Source of the DNA: Planctomycetota bacterium
GTDB lineage: Bacteria > Planctomycetota > SZUA-567 > H5-PLA8
Assembly (NCBI GenBank): GCA_045863855.1
Contig: BTVV01000028.1
Location: 101 to 64,100, forward strand
Direction of reading: 5' to 3'
Length of the DNA stretch: 64,000 nt
Made by a program: the position numbers and the translations under genes. This document shows, one piece after another, positions 9,576 to 18,715 of this stretch; positions within the stretch are counted from its first letter, which is position 1, and every line of letters begins with the position of its first letter. Below the pieces are notes generated by a model. The model was given only the letters and a program-made list of their open reading frames with translations. It was not told where the DNA came from and did not search any database.

Positions 9576-10454
9576 TCAGGCCTTGAACTGTTCGCGCCAG
9601 AATCGCGGCGAGAGTCCGGCGTAGGCTTTGAAGCATTTGGAAAAGGAGAAGGCGTCGGAAAAGCCCAGGGCCTTGGCAATCTCGGCATGGGTCCGTTCGC
9701 CGTCGCGGAGCCAGGCGCTGGCTTGTTCCATCTTGCGCCGGCGCAGATGTTCGGCGGGGCTGAGGTCGAAGCGTTCGCGGTAGACGCGGGTGAGGTAATC
9801 GGGATTCAGGCTCAGGGCGGCGGCCAGCTCGTTGAGGCAGGTGTAGCGGTCGAAGCGTTCTTCGATGAGTTCGCGGCAGTGGTCGGCGTGGACGTCGCCT
9901 TTGGAGCGGGCCGGGGCGGCGTGAGCCTGATCGCCGGCGACGATCCACAAGAAGGTCTGGAGGTAGTGGAGCGCGGCGGTCTGGTCGTGCAGGTTCCGCG
10001 CGGGGGCGTGTTGGACGAGGCTTTCGAGGTCGCGTTCGGCCTCGCGTCTCCGGCGCACGTTCAGGTTCAGCGCGCGGGGTCCGCCGATGGCGTTCCACCA
10101 GCGTTCGCAGGCCGGACCGGTGGCGTTGGCGATGGTCAGTTCCAGGTCGCGCCCGGGCGGGACCCAGAAGCGGTAACGCGCTCCGGGCGGCACGGCCAGA
10201 AGCTTCGCGGCGCCCGCGGCTTCGAGCGTCTCCTCGCCTTCGACGCCGTGCTCCAGATGGCAGGTTCCTTCGTGCACGTAAAGGAAGACGCAGGTTCGGG
10301 CGATGCCGAAGCCGATGCCTGTTTCGCTGGCCCAGCGTTCACGCGCGACGCGCTGGAGGACAAGCTCGCCTGCGCCGAGTTGGATGGGCTGCGCGGAGGC
10401 GCGGAGCACGAGGACGCGGAGGGGACCGGCCTGGAACCAGCGGGGGGTCGGCAT
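9576..10454 (-). CDS. AraC-family transcriptional regulator
   Basis: C-terminal double HTH: LNELAAALSLNPDYLTRVY...IAKALGFSDAFSFSKCFKAYAGLSP. Confidence 0.9.
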   Translation of the reverse strand: MPTPRWFQAGPLRVLVLRASAQPIQLGAGELVLQRVARERWASETGIGFGIARTCVFLYVHEGTCHLEHGVEGEETLEAAGAAKLLAVPPGARYRFWVPPGRDLELTIANATGPACERWWNAIGGPRALNLNVRRRREAERDLESLVQHAPARNLHDQTAALHYLQTFLWIVAGDQAHAAPARSKGDVHADHCRELIEERFDRYTCLNELAAALSLNPDYLTRVYRERFDLSPAEHLRRRKMEQASAWLRDGERTHAEIAKALGFSDAFSFSKCFKAYAGLSPRFWREQFKA

Positions 10455-10556
10455 GGAAATAGAGTCGTAAATTAACATGTGGAAGTCAAGTATGATCATT
10501 CCAGGTCCGAATCGCCGTGGGGTACTCTTTTAGCATCAGCGGCAACGGTTCGGAGA

Positions 10557-11414
10557 ATGACATTCATGCGTATCGGCCTGCACAGCTTCAGCCGCCGGGA
10601 GGCGTTCAAGAACCCGGGCTACGACGTCTTCGCCTTTCTCGACGAGGCCGGCGCGTGGGGCTTCGAGTCGGTGGAGATCATGACGGGCGCCGCGGGGAAG
10701 CCTCCGGCGGACATCGGCGGGGATTCGCCGGAGCATTTGAAGCGCGTCTGCGCGTACGCGGCCGAGCGTGGCGCGGCGGTGCATTGTTTTTCCACGTACA
10801 ACGATTTCGCGTTCGTCGGGAACGAGGCGTGGCGGCAGGAGAACGTGCGCTACATCCGGGACTGGATCCGCAAGGCCGCCGGATGCGGCGTGCCGAATCT
10901 GCGGCTGCTCTCGGGGTATTGGGCGAAGGACCGCGCGCACGAGGAACTGGAGCGGCTCGTGATCGACGAGGTGCGCGGCTGCTGCGAGCTGGCGGAGCGC
11001 GAGGGCGTGAATCTGGCGTTCGAGAACCACAGCACGATCTTCCTGTACGCGGAAGATATCGAGCGGCTGCTGCGCGCGGTGGAATCGCCGCGGCTGACGA
11101 CGTGCCCCGATCCCACGAACGGGTTCGCGATCGCGGAGGGGAAGGCGGGGGAGTTGGAGCGGATGTACGCCAATCTGGAGCGGCTGGCCCCCAAGGCGAC
11201 GAACGCGCATCTGAAGGTGTTTGGAATCGAAGGCGGGACGCTGTCGGGGTTCGATCTGGAGCGTGTGCTAAGGACGTTCGCGGAAGCCGACTACACCGGC
11301 CCGCTGCATCTGGAGCTGGTCACGGCGGACGCCGATCCACGGGTGCTGGGCCAGGCGCGCGAGATCGTGAGCGCGGCGCTGGAGCGCATGGGCGCGGCGA
11401 GCGGGCGGGCTTGA
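10557..11414 (+). CDS. sugar phosphate isomerase/epimerase (xylose isomerase-like TIM barrel)
   Basis: GFESVEI, LAFENH, CPDPTN, HLK, LHLE metal-binding motifs; divergent from the AraC gene. Confidence 0.85.
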   Translation: MTFMRIGLHSFSRREAFKNPGYDVFAFLDEAGAWGFESVEIMTGAAGKPPADIGGDSPEHLKRVCAYAAERGAAVHCFSTYNDFAFVGNEAWRQENVRYIRDWIRKAAGCGVPNLRLLSGYWAKDRAHEELERLVIDEVRGCCELAEREGVNLAFENHSTIFLYAEDIERLLRAVESPRLTTCPDPTNGFAIAEGKAGELERMYANLERLAPKATNAHLKVFGIEGGTLSGFDLERVLRTFAEADYTGPLHLELVTADADPRVLGQAREIVSAALERMGAASGRA

Positions 11415-11477
11415 GCAGGATATTGCGAGGCCACGAGCCTCAAGCACACGCGCACTTACTTATGGAACCGGAAAGTT

Positions 11478-11555
11478 TGGCATCCCCACAGGGATTTGAA
11501 CCCTGGTCTTCAGGCTGAGAACCTGACGTCCTAGGCCGGGCTAGACGATGGGGAC
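11478..11555 (-). tRNA. tRNA-Glu (anticodon CTC)
   Basis: Reverse complement GTCCCCATCGTCTAG...TCAGG-TTCTCAG-CCTGA...GGTTCAAATCC...GGGGATGCCA; cloverleaf with encoded CCA. Confidence 0.95.
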
Positions 11556-11630
11556 GCCTGCACTCGATTGTCCGTACCGCTTCGACGTACGAAGGCGCAG
11601 AGCATACGCGCTGCGCTCGCTCATGCAAGT

Positions 11631-11704
11631 TGGTTGCCCCGCTACGATTCGAACGTAGATTACCTGATCCAGAGTCAGGCGTCCTACCATTGGACGACGG
11701 GGCA
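11631..11704 (-). tRNA. tRNA-Gln (anticodon CTG)
   Basis: Reverse complement TGCCCCGTCGTCCAATGGTAGGACG-CCTGA-CTCTGGA-TCAGG...GTTCGAATC...GGGGCAACCA. Confidence 0.95.
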
Positions 11705-11784
11705 ACGAGCGCGCCGTTGAAGGCCCTATATCAGTAGGCGACGGGCTCCAAACGTCAAGGAAACTTTGTGCTTTGGGCGGCTAA

Positions 11785-11948
11785 GAGTGCCTCCCCCAAT
11801 GTCTCACGGCCGTCTTGGGGCGGTGCGCTGCGCGATGCGTCGTCGGTCTTCTTGCCGTATGCGTGTCCCGATAGGGCTCGTGCGACCGCCTTGTCTCGCT
11901 TGCCCGGCGCTCCCAAGGCGACTTACGATCCGGTGATAGGACGCACTC
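11785..11948. mobile_element. putative MITE (IS5-family-like ends)
   Basis: Terminal IR GAGTGCCTCC / GGACGCACTC (9/10), flanked by TAA on both sides; no transposase. Confidence 0.5.
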
Positions 11949-12104
11949 TAAAATCGCCCGTTCGGAATGGTGTCTCCGGTGCTTGGCGAGGGGGCGGGCA
12001 TCGGGTAGGGTATGCGCTGTTCCAAGCGCCGACGATCGTTCCGTCCGTTCGCGGGATGAGTCTCGTTAACCTCTTGCCGGATAAGGCAAGGCGGCGCGTG
12101 CGTC

Positions 12105-12133
12105 TTGACAAGGGTGGAGCCAAACGGTAGGCA
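12105..12133 (+). promoter_or_regulatory. possible sigma70 promoter of the FHA gene
   Basis: TTGACA-N17-TAGGCA; perfect -35, weak -10. Confidence 0.3.
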
Positions 12134-12190
12134 TGCACGCGTAGGCTCGGCCCACCAGAGAACCTTTAAGTCGGTAGGAGCCCATAGGCC

Positions 12191-12874
12191 ATGACGGCTT
12201 CCGTAACGGTGGTGTTTGGGGGGCAGGAGCAGGGCAGCCACGAGCTGACCGCCGAAAAGGTGGTCGTCGGGCGCGAGCCTACCTGCGAGATTCCGATCGA
12301 CAACCTGGGCATATCGCGGCAGCACTGCGCGTTTGCGATCAAGGGCGGCGCGTACGTCGTTCAGGATCTGGGTTCGGCGAACGGGACGTTCGTGAACGGT
12401 AAGCGGATCGTCGAGCATTATCTGAACGACGGCGACGAGGTGGTGATCGGGAAGTACATCCTGCGTTTCCGCAACGAAGAGCAGGCCAAGGCCGCGCCGA
12501 AGAAGGAAAACGTGGGTGTTCCTGACACGCTGAACACGTACGTGATGGACGGCGCGAAGATTCAGGAGCAGTTGGCGAAGATGCGCGCGGGCCAGGGCGA
12601 AGAAGCTCCGGCTCAGCCCGCGGCCGGCGGCGGAGGCGGAGCGGCTCCGACGGCCAAGGATTACGCCAAGGCGCTGGATGTCCCGCAGCAGGGCGGCGAT
12701 CAGATCAAGTCGATCAAGATGCTGGTGATCGTGCTGGTGGCGGTGGTGCTGGTGCTGATCGTGTTGGTGGTGCTCTTCGCCGCGGGCGTCTTTGGCGGCA
12801 ACAAGGGCGGCGAAACGCCGCCCGTTCCGGCGCCCGCCCCCGCGCCGGTGACGGCTCCCGCGGCGCCCCAGTAA
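12191..12874 (+). CDS. FHA-domain membrane protein
   Basis: FHA motifs VGR, ISRQH, DLGSANGTFVNG; C-terminal TM helix; AGGAG RBS. Confidence 0.92.
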   Translation: MTASVTVVFGGQEQGSHELTAEKVVVGREPTCEIPIDNLGISRQHCAFAIKGGAYVVQDLGSANGTFVNGKRIVEHYLNDGDEVVIGKYILRFRNEEQAKAAPKKENVGVPDTLNTYVMDGAKIQEQLAKMRAGQGEEAPAQPAAGGGGGAAPTAKDYAKALDVPQQGGDQIKSIKMLVIVLVAVVLVLIVLVVLFAAGVFGGNKGGETPPVPAPAPAPVTAPAAPQ

Positions 12875-12889
12875 CCTGGACTTCCGCGC

Positions 12890-13252
12890 ATGGTGACGGC
12901 GGCGCTGATCGGCGGACTGGTCTGCGTGAGTCTGGCCGCAGGCGGCATGGTGTACCTCACGCGCCTGGGCGTCCAATTCTCCTTAAGCGATCTGATGCTG
13001 GCGGTGCTGGCGGTGGGATTGACGCCGGCGCTGGGCGGGATGGCGGCCGGCGAGGCCGATCCGGAGCTGGCGACCCGGGCTTGGATCGGCGCGCTGGCGC
13101 TGACGGTGCTGGCGATTCTGTATCAACTGGTGGGCTTCTGCTGGGCGGCGCTGCGCCCGGCCGCGCAGCCCAGCCGACGGCTGTGGCAGCGCTTCGGCCC
13201 GGTGCTGGCGCTGACGATCTGCACGGCGATCGCGATGGCGTGCTTCGTTTAG
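12890..13252 (+). CDS. small hydrophobic membrane protein
   Basis: 120 aa, about 4 hydrophobic segments, directly downstream of the FHA gene. Confidence 0.65.
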   Translation: MVTAALIGGLVCVSLAAGGMVYLTRLGVQFSLSDLMLAVLAVGLTPALGGMAAGEADPELATRAWIGALALTVLAILYQLVGFCWAALRPAAQPSRRLWQRFGPVLALTICTAIAMACFV

Positions 13253-13370
13253 GCTCTGTCCCGAAACCCTTCTTCGGCGTCTGCTTGCGGGGAGTTGCGC
13301 AGCGCTTCGTCCGCCTCGCCCTGCTCGGTCCGCGCATCGCATACGCTTTCGAAGCGATTCGGGACGGAGC
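13253..13370. mobile_element. putative MITE inserted at a stop codon
   Basis: IR GCTCTGTCCCGAA / TTCGGGACGGAGC (12/13), flanked by TTAG direct repeats at 13249-13252 and 13371-13374. Confidence 0.6.
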
Positions 13371-13374
13371 TTAG

Positions 13375-13554
13375 TTAGACGTCGAAGTGTTGCGCTCCGC
13401 AGGCGCCCAGCCGGCGGCGGACTTCTTCTTTCCAATCGGACGGCATGAGGCGTTGCGCGCGCAAGCGGCTGGAGGATGACGTTCCGCGCGGCGGGACGTT
13501 GGAGGCCGGCTTTTTGGGGCGAGCCGCCGCTTGGGGTCGAGGTGAGTGACGCAT
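13375..13554 (-). CDS. possible small basic protein (59 aa)
   Basis: ATG preceded by GGGAG; AT-rich promoter-like region upstream; no recognisable domain. Confidence 0.3.
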   Translation of the reverse strand: MRHSPRPQAAARPKKPASNVPPRGTSSSSRLRAQRLMPSDWKEEVRRRLGACGAQHFDV

Positions 13555-13923
13555 TCGTGTGCTCCCGTCTGTGACCGGCCGACCCGGTGCGCTTGACCGA
13601 ACGCGCAAGAGACTCAACGTGCTGCTGGAACGTTCGGTTCACCAGCAAATGGGTTCCGTGTATAGCTGGAAGTTTAATTAGTATTTTGTTTGGATGGGGA
13701 AATGGAGCCCAGTGGTCTAAACCTGTTTCTTCGAATTCTATGCAACGCACGTCTGAGTTTAAGGTTACAGATTAAGCGCTGAGCCGAGTAGCGGCAGTTT
13801 GAGGGCAGGTTGGTGCGTCCAATCTTTAGAACCAGGCTTCAAGGTGCATGACGGTTGCACAGCGGGGCGGTCTAGATAGCATTAGGAACTTCGTGCGTTC
13901 GAGATCCGGTGTGGCGGTTCGCT

Positions 13924-16716
13924 ATGGCCGAAGAAAACAACGATGAGACCTTCGGTCAGCTCGCGGTGGCACGCGGCTTCTGCACGTCGGAGCAGGTGTT
14001 GGCGGGGATGGCGACGCTGGAGGAAGTCCGCAAACTGGGTTTGAACGAGCAGTTGGGGAGCATCCTGGTCAAGAAGAAGATCTTGACGCGGGAGCAGGTT
14101 CACGAGCTCTTGAAGGTTCAGGCGCAGAAGTCGAAGATCAAGATCGCGGGGTACGAGATTCTGGAGAAGGTCGGGCAGGGGGGGATGGGATCGGTCTTCA
14201 AGGCGCGGCAGATTTCGCTGGACCGCGTGGTGGCGTTGAAGATTCTTTCCCCCAAGCTGGCCGAGGACTCGACGTTTTGCGAGCGTTTCGTCAAAGAGGC
14301 GCGCGCGGTCGCGAAGCTGAATCACCCCAACATCATCGTCGGCATCGACGTAGGCAAGTACGGCAAATACTACTACTTCGCGATGGAGTACGTGGACGGC
14401 GAAACGGCGCTGACGCGTCTGCGCGACCGCGGCCCGTTCGAGGAGTCCGAAGCGCTGACGGTGGCGATTCAGATCACGCACGCGCTGGACCATGCGCATA
14501 AGCACGGGTTGGTGCACCGGGACATCAAGCCGGACAACATCATGCTTCCGGCGCGCGGCGAGGCCAAGCTGTGCGATTTGGGGCTGGCGAAGAAGATCGA
14601 GCAGGATGCGAGCGGGACGTCGACGGGTGCGGCCGTGGGGACGCCGCACTACATCGCTCCGGAGCAAGCGCGCGGTCTGGACAATGTGGCGATCACGGCG
14701 GACATCTACGCGCTGGGCGGTTCGCTGTACCACATGGTCACGGGCCGGACGCTCTTCAAGGGCGAGAACAGCACGGCGATCATGACGAGCCATTTGACCT
14801 CTTCGGCGCCGAACGTGCGGCAGTTGCGTTCGGAGATCAGCGAAGACTTCGCGCGGGTGCTGGAGAAGATGCTGGCGAAGCAGGCGGCCGACCGCTACCA
14901 GACGCCGGCGGAGTTGCTGAAAGATCTGACGCAGCTCGCGAACGGCGAATCGCCCGAAGCGGGGTTGCCGGCGGGGACGGCGAGCAGCATGGAGCCGACC
15001 CCGCGCGATGCGGGCCGTCGCGGGAAAGGGCGCACGACCGGAGCCCAGACGGTGCAGCGTGGCACGACGGGTGCGCTGGCGCCGGTGCGCGGTACGACGG
15101 GTCCGCGCAAGCCGGTGGACCGGATTCCTACGGGCCAGCGCGCGCCGGTGGACCGTCCGGATCAGCAGACGGGTCCCAAGCGCGCGGTGGAGACGCCGAA
15201 GATCGTGCTGGCGGCGGTGGTGGTGGCGGTGCTGGGCGCAGTGGCGGGAATCGTCTTCTTCTCATCGGACGGGCCGCCGGGCACGCGAACCGCGAAGAAC
15301 TCACCGTCCGCGCCCTCGGTTCCGGCGGAGAAGGAGGCGCCTCCGGCGCTTCCGGCTTCGGGACAGGCGGTCGTTCCGGCGCCCGCGCCGAACCCGGCCC
15401 CTGCCGCACCCGTGCCGGCCCCGAAACCGCCGTCCGCGAACGCGCCGCCCGAGGGCAAGACGGGCGTCGCCGCCTGGGATGCCGCGCGGGACGCTTGGCG
15501 CGCGAATCCGGGCGATTACGCGAATCTGCTGCGGATGTACGAACAGGCGGAGCGGGGGCTGCCGAATCCCCGGCAGAACGAAGTGCGGGCGGAAGCACAG
15601 ACGATCCGCAAGGCTCTGGACGACCGGATCGGGGAACTGCTCGAAGGACGCAAGCGCGAAGCGCAGCTTAAGCTTCAAAGCGGGGATCAGGAAGGCGCGC
15701 GCGAACTGTTCAACGCGTACGCGTTCCCCGAATCGCTGCAGACACCGGAGACGCGGAAGCGGATTCTGGAAGCGGCCAAGGATTTCGGCGGTCCGCCGGC
15801 CGCGGCGTTGGCGGTGCTGCGCGGTGAAGCGGAGAAGGATCTACAGGCGGCCGTGAATCCGGGGCAATTCGCCGCTCTGCGCGAAAAGCTGAAGACGATG
15901 CAGCCGGTTTACACGTCGCCGGACGGCGTGGCGTGGTTCAAGTCGTTCTGGCCGAAAGTGGAGCAGAAGGCGAAGGCGATCGATACGGCGGGGCAGGCCG
16001 AGCGGAAGAAGCAGTTCGACGAGACGCTGGCGAAGGCGCGCGAGCACTTCTCGAAGGGCAGCTACAACGGCACGTACGGGGCGTTGAAGGAAGCGCAGCA
16101 GCGCGGATTAAGCCGCGAATTCGGCAAGGAGCTGAATCTGCTCATCGCGGACGTGCAGGCGATCCAGGCGCTGAAGGACAAAGGGGTGCAGGCGCTGCGC
16201 GGAAAGGTGGGCAAGCCCGATACGGTCAAGCTGCGCCACGAGGGCAAGACGCACGAGGGCCAGTTGCTCCGGGAGTCGCAGGACAACCGGGACGCGGGGT
16301 TCGTGCTGAAGGACAAGCAGGGCAAGGAGCAAACGCTGTACTTCGATACGATCGACGGCGAGGACCTGGCGCACTGGGCGGGGCTGCGCGGCAAGAATCC
16401 GGAGGAGCATTACCGGATCGGCACGTGGCTTTGGTGGCAGGGGGAGACGCGCCGGGCGTATCCGCAACTGGACGGGATCAAGCAGCAGGAGTACCGCAAG
16501 GACCGGGCGGATTTCTACCTTGGGCAGATGGACGGCGCGGCGAGCGCTCTGATTGCCGAGGTGTACCGGCTGCACCGGGAAGCGCAGGATGCGAAGCTTC
16601 CTGAGGCTCAGCGCGGCGAGCGCCAGAAGCAGGCGAAGGATGCGGTGCAGCGGCTGTTAAGCGAGTATGCGACGACGAGGGCGTATCGTGACGAGAAGGC
16701 CAAGAGCAAGCGCTAG
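13924..16716 (+). CDS. Hanks-type Ser/Thr protein kinase with TM helix and large helical extracytoplasmic region
   Basis: GQGGMGSVFKA, VALK, HRDIKPDN, DLGLAK, GTPHYIAPE; TM IVLAAVVVAVLGAVAGIVFF. Confidence 0.95.
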   Translation: MAEENNDETFGQLAVARGFCTSEQVLAGMATLEEVRKLGLNEQLGSILVKKKILTREQVHELLKVQAQKSKIKIAGYEILEKVGQGGMGSVFKARQISLDRVVALKILSPKLAEDSTFCERFVKEARAVAKLNHPNIIVGIDVGKYGKYYYFAMEYVDGETALTRLRDRGPFEESEALTVAIQITHALDHAHKHGLVHRDIKPDNIMLPARGEAKLCDLGLAKKIEQDASGTSTGAAVGTPHYIAPEQARGLDNVAITADIYALGGSLYHMVTGRTLFKGENSTAIMTSHLTSSAPNVRQLRSEISEDFARVLEKMLAKQAADRYQTPAELLKDLTQLANGESPEAGLPAGTASSMEPTPRDAGRRGKGRTTGAQTVQRGTTGALAPVRGTTGPRKPVDRIPTGQRAPVDRPDQQTGPKRAVETPKIVLAAVVVAVLGAVAGIVFFSSDGPPGTRTAKNSPSAPSVPAEKEAPPALPASGQAVVPAPAPNPAPAAPVPAPKPPSANAPPEGKTGVAAWDAARDAWRANPGDYANLLRMYEQAERGLPNPRQNEVRAEAQTIRKALDDRIGELLEGRKREAQLKLQSGDQEGARELFNAYAFPESLQTPETRKRILEAAKDFGGPPAAALAVLRGEAEKDLQAAVNPGQFAALREKLKTMQPVYTSPDGVAWFKSFWPKVEQKAKAIDTAGQAERKKQFDETLAKAREHFSKGSYNGTYGALKEAQQRGLSREFGKELNLLIADVQAIQALKDKGVQALRGKVGKPDTVKLRHEGKTHEGQLLRESQDNRDAGFVLKDKQGKEQTLYFDTIDGEDLAHWAGLRGKNPEEHYRIGTWLWWQGETRRAYPQLDGIKQQEYRKDRADFYLGQMDGAASALIAEVYRLHREAQDAKLPEAQRGERQKQAKDAVQRLLSEYATTRAYRDEKAKSKR

Positions 16717-17896
16717 CCGCTCAGGCTGGCTGCGCGCGGTCTGCGCCGTGGCGCTATGCGCGGCGTCGGGCGCCGCCGCGGGCGAAGCGCCGCCGCCGGT
16801 CTCGTGGGACGACGTGGAGGCTTGGGCGCTGGGCAAGTCCGGCCCGGAGGCCAAGTCCGAAAAGCCTGCACCGAAGCCGGCCGAAGGCCAGCCGCAAAAG
16901 GCGCCCGGGCCGCCCAAGGAAGCTCCGCCAGAGGATCCGGCGCGCAAGGAGCCGCCGCCGGAAGCCGTGGCGTTGTGGAAGCGCCCTTCGCCGACATCGC
17001 GGCGTCCGGACCCGAAAGCGTGGCAGGAGTTGCAGCCGAAGCTCCCGCCGTTGCTGCTGGAACGCCCCAAGGATCTTCGCCGCAACGGGGAGTTCGACCG
17101 GCTGTACGAACTCTACTTCAATCTCGAACGTTACGATCTGGCGCTGCAAGCGATCGCGGAGCAGATCGGCGATCCGAAGGTGGCGGCGAACGAGGACCGG
17201 GTGAACCGGATCTCGGGGCAGTTCTGGCGCGCGGCGATCCTGCATCCGACGCCCATCCCGCAGGCGCATATCGACGGGGCGTATCAGAAATGGCGCTCGG
17301 GATTGCGGCCGCCGCCGGACGCGAAGGAGTTCAACGAGTACGTCAAAGAGCAGGAGGACATGTACAAGCTTGGGCGCAAGCTGATCGACGAACTGAAGGC
17401 GCAGGAGTTTCAGGGCGACGAGCGTCCCGAGCCGCTGTGGGAACTGATCCGGCGCTTCGAGGACGAGCGTCCGGCCAATCCGCTGGGCATCGTGCGGGCG
17501 GGGTACAAGCTGCGCGAGTGGTTCCCGGAATTCGAGAAGGTCAAGAAGGGCGAAGTGCAGCAGCGGATCACGTCGCGGCTGCACTGGCCGCTGCAGGTTC
17601 AGGACGCGGCGGCGGAAGAGGGTTTGCTGATGCTGCAGCAGTATCCCGAGCATAGCTGGGTGAAGAACGGGGACGCCACGTGGACGCGTGCGGAGGATCT
17701 GCGCGACTACGGTTATTCGCTGCAGTCGTACAACAAGGCGATTCCGTACTGGCAGCAGGCTGTGGCGCATTACCAGGAGTTCAAAAAGCACTATCCGAAT
17801 CATTCGAACAACAAGATCACGCAAACCGGTCAGACGCAGCCGCTGTCGGTGCAGCGGATCGGGGAATTGGAAGGGAAGCTGGGACGGCACAAGTAG
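16688..17896 (+). CDS. exported helical/TPR-like hypothetical protein
   Basis: Signal-peptide-like N-terminus, Pro-rich linker, helical repeats; start uncertain, overlaps kinase end. Confidence 0.7.
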   Translation: MTRRPRASASRSGWLRAVCAVALCAASGAAAGEAPPPVSWDDVEAWALGKSGPEAKSEKPAPKPAEGQPQKAPGPPKEAPPEDPARKEPPPEAVALWKRPSPTSRRPDPKAWQELQPKLPPLLLERPKDLRRNGEFDRLYELYFNLERYDLALQAIAEQIGDPKVAANEDRVNRISGQFWRAAILHPTPIPQAHIDGAYQKWRSGLRPPPDAKEFNEYVKEQEDMYKLGRKLIDELKAQEFQGDERPEPLWELIRRFEDERPANPLGIVRAGYKLREWFPEFEKVKKGEVQQRITSRLHWPLQVQDAAAEEGLLMLQQYPEHSWVKNGDATWTRAEDLRDYGYSLQSYNKAIPYWQQAVAHYQEFKKHYPNHSNNKITQTGQTQPLSVQRIGELEGKLGRHK

Positions 17897-17910
17897 CGGC
17901 GGCGGTTGGC

Positions 17911-17951
17911 GAACGGCAGACATCGAACGACAAGACCCCAACCAACTTCAA
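17911..17951. repeat. heptamer-periodic repeat, copy C
   Basis: gaacggc agacatc gaacgac aagaccc caac caacttc aa; same 7-7-7-4-7 register as copies A and B. Confidence 0.6.
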
Positions 17952-18056
17952 CGTGCGGCCTTCAATCGTCCAGGGGATCCGTAACGGCTGGCCCGTGGCG
18001 CGGGCGTTCCGGGATGCTTGCGTTGAGGCCTTGGAGCGTGCTGTGCGGTGGGTCGT

Positions 18057-18092
18057 AAAAAAAAGTTGCGGGCGGCGCTGAGCGCCGCCCGC
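18057..18092 (-). terminator. intrinsic terminator of the Lys-rich peptide gene
   Basis: 11-bp GC stem GCGGGCGGCGC/GCGCCGCCCGC followed on the minus strand by AAC and T8. Confidence 0.85.
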
Positions 18093-18128
18093 GTATGCCC
18101 GCACTACACGGAAGGACGAGAGCAGAAT

Positions 18129-18197
18129 TTACTTCTTCTTGCTCTTCTTCTTCGTCTTCTTCTTGGCAGCCTTCTTCTTGGCTTTCTTCTTGGCCAT
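18129..18197 (-). CDS. 22-aa lysine-rich peptide MAKKKAKKKAAKKKTKKKSKKK (histone H1/protamine-like)
   Basis: ATG...TAA, AAAGGAG RBS upstream, terminator 36 nt downstream; too short for the ORF track. Confidence 0.8.
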   Translation of the reverse strand: MAKKKAKKKAAKKKTKKKSKKK

Positions 18198-18715
18198 CTT
18201 GACATCTCCTTTCCCGTTTTACGGGCAGCCCTTCTTGTTGGGCTCGAACCCAGACCACCGCCGGCTCAACACTTGATAGTAGCGGGCGCCAAATCCCACT
18301 TGGCACCGGCCAGCGGTCCTGCCTTCCTGTTCGAGCCCACGTTCAGGGCAGACATGTTCGAGCGCCAGGACCGCGAACGGTCCTTTGGGGCCAGCGGCAT
18401 GGACACCGTCTTCGGGAAGGTGCGGGCGAACTCCCGAACGGCGCAGCCGGACCACCGTGTCGCACGAACGACTGCGCCCACAGAAGGCACAGACTCGAAC
18501 GAGGAAACCGATCCGCGCAACGCACGCGGATGATAAGCATGAAGGTAGGGGGACGGAGCGTGCAGACGGGCGCAAGGTGCTGTGGAGAAGCGAAGCTGCG
18601 TCGTCGCGAAGCGAGGAGTCGTTGCGAACACGCTTTCCCTTCTCCAACTTTCCGCCTTCGATCGCGGCAAGAACAACCTTGCCACCGCATTTTGAGTGCC
18701 TACATCGAAGGTTGT
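18198..18715 (-). ncRNA. candidate long structured leader or ncRNA upstream of the Lys-rich peptide
   Basis: Series of hairpins plus an 11-bp long-range helix (18239-18249/18329-18339); no convincing ORF; TTGACG and an A/T tract near 18747-18775. Confidence 0.4.

Noticed and set aside
11478-11704. tRNA-anchored prophage or genomic island
   Set aside because: No integrase and no duplicated tRNA 3' end noticed in the window
18129-18197. Lysine attenuator leader peptide
   Set aside because: The gene beyond the terminator is convergent, so there is no operon to attenuate
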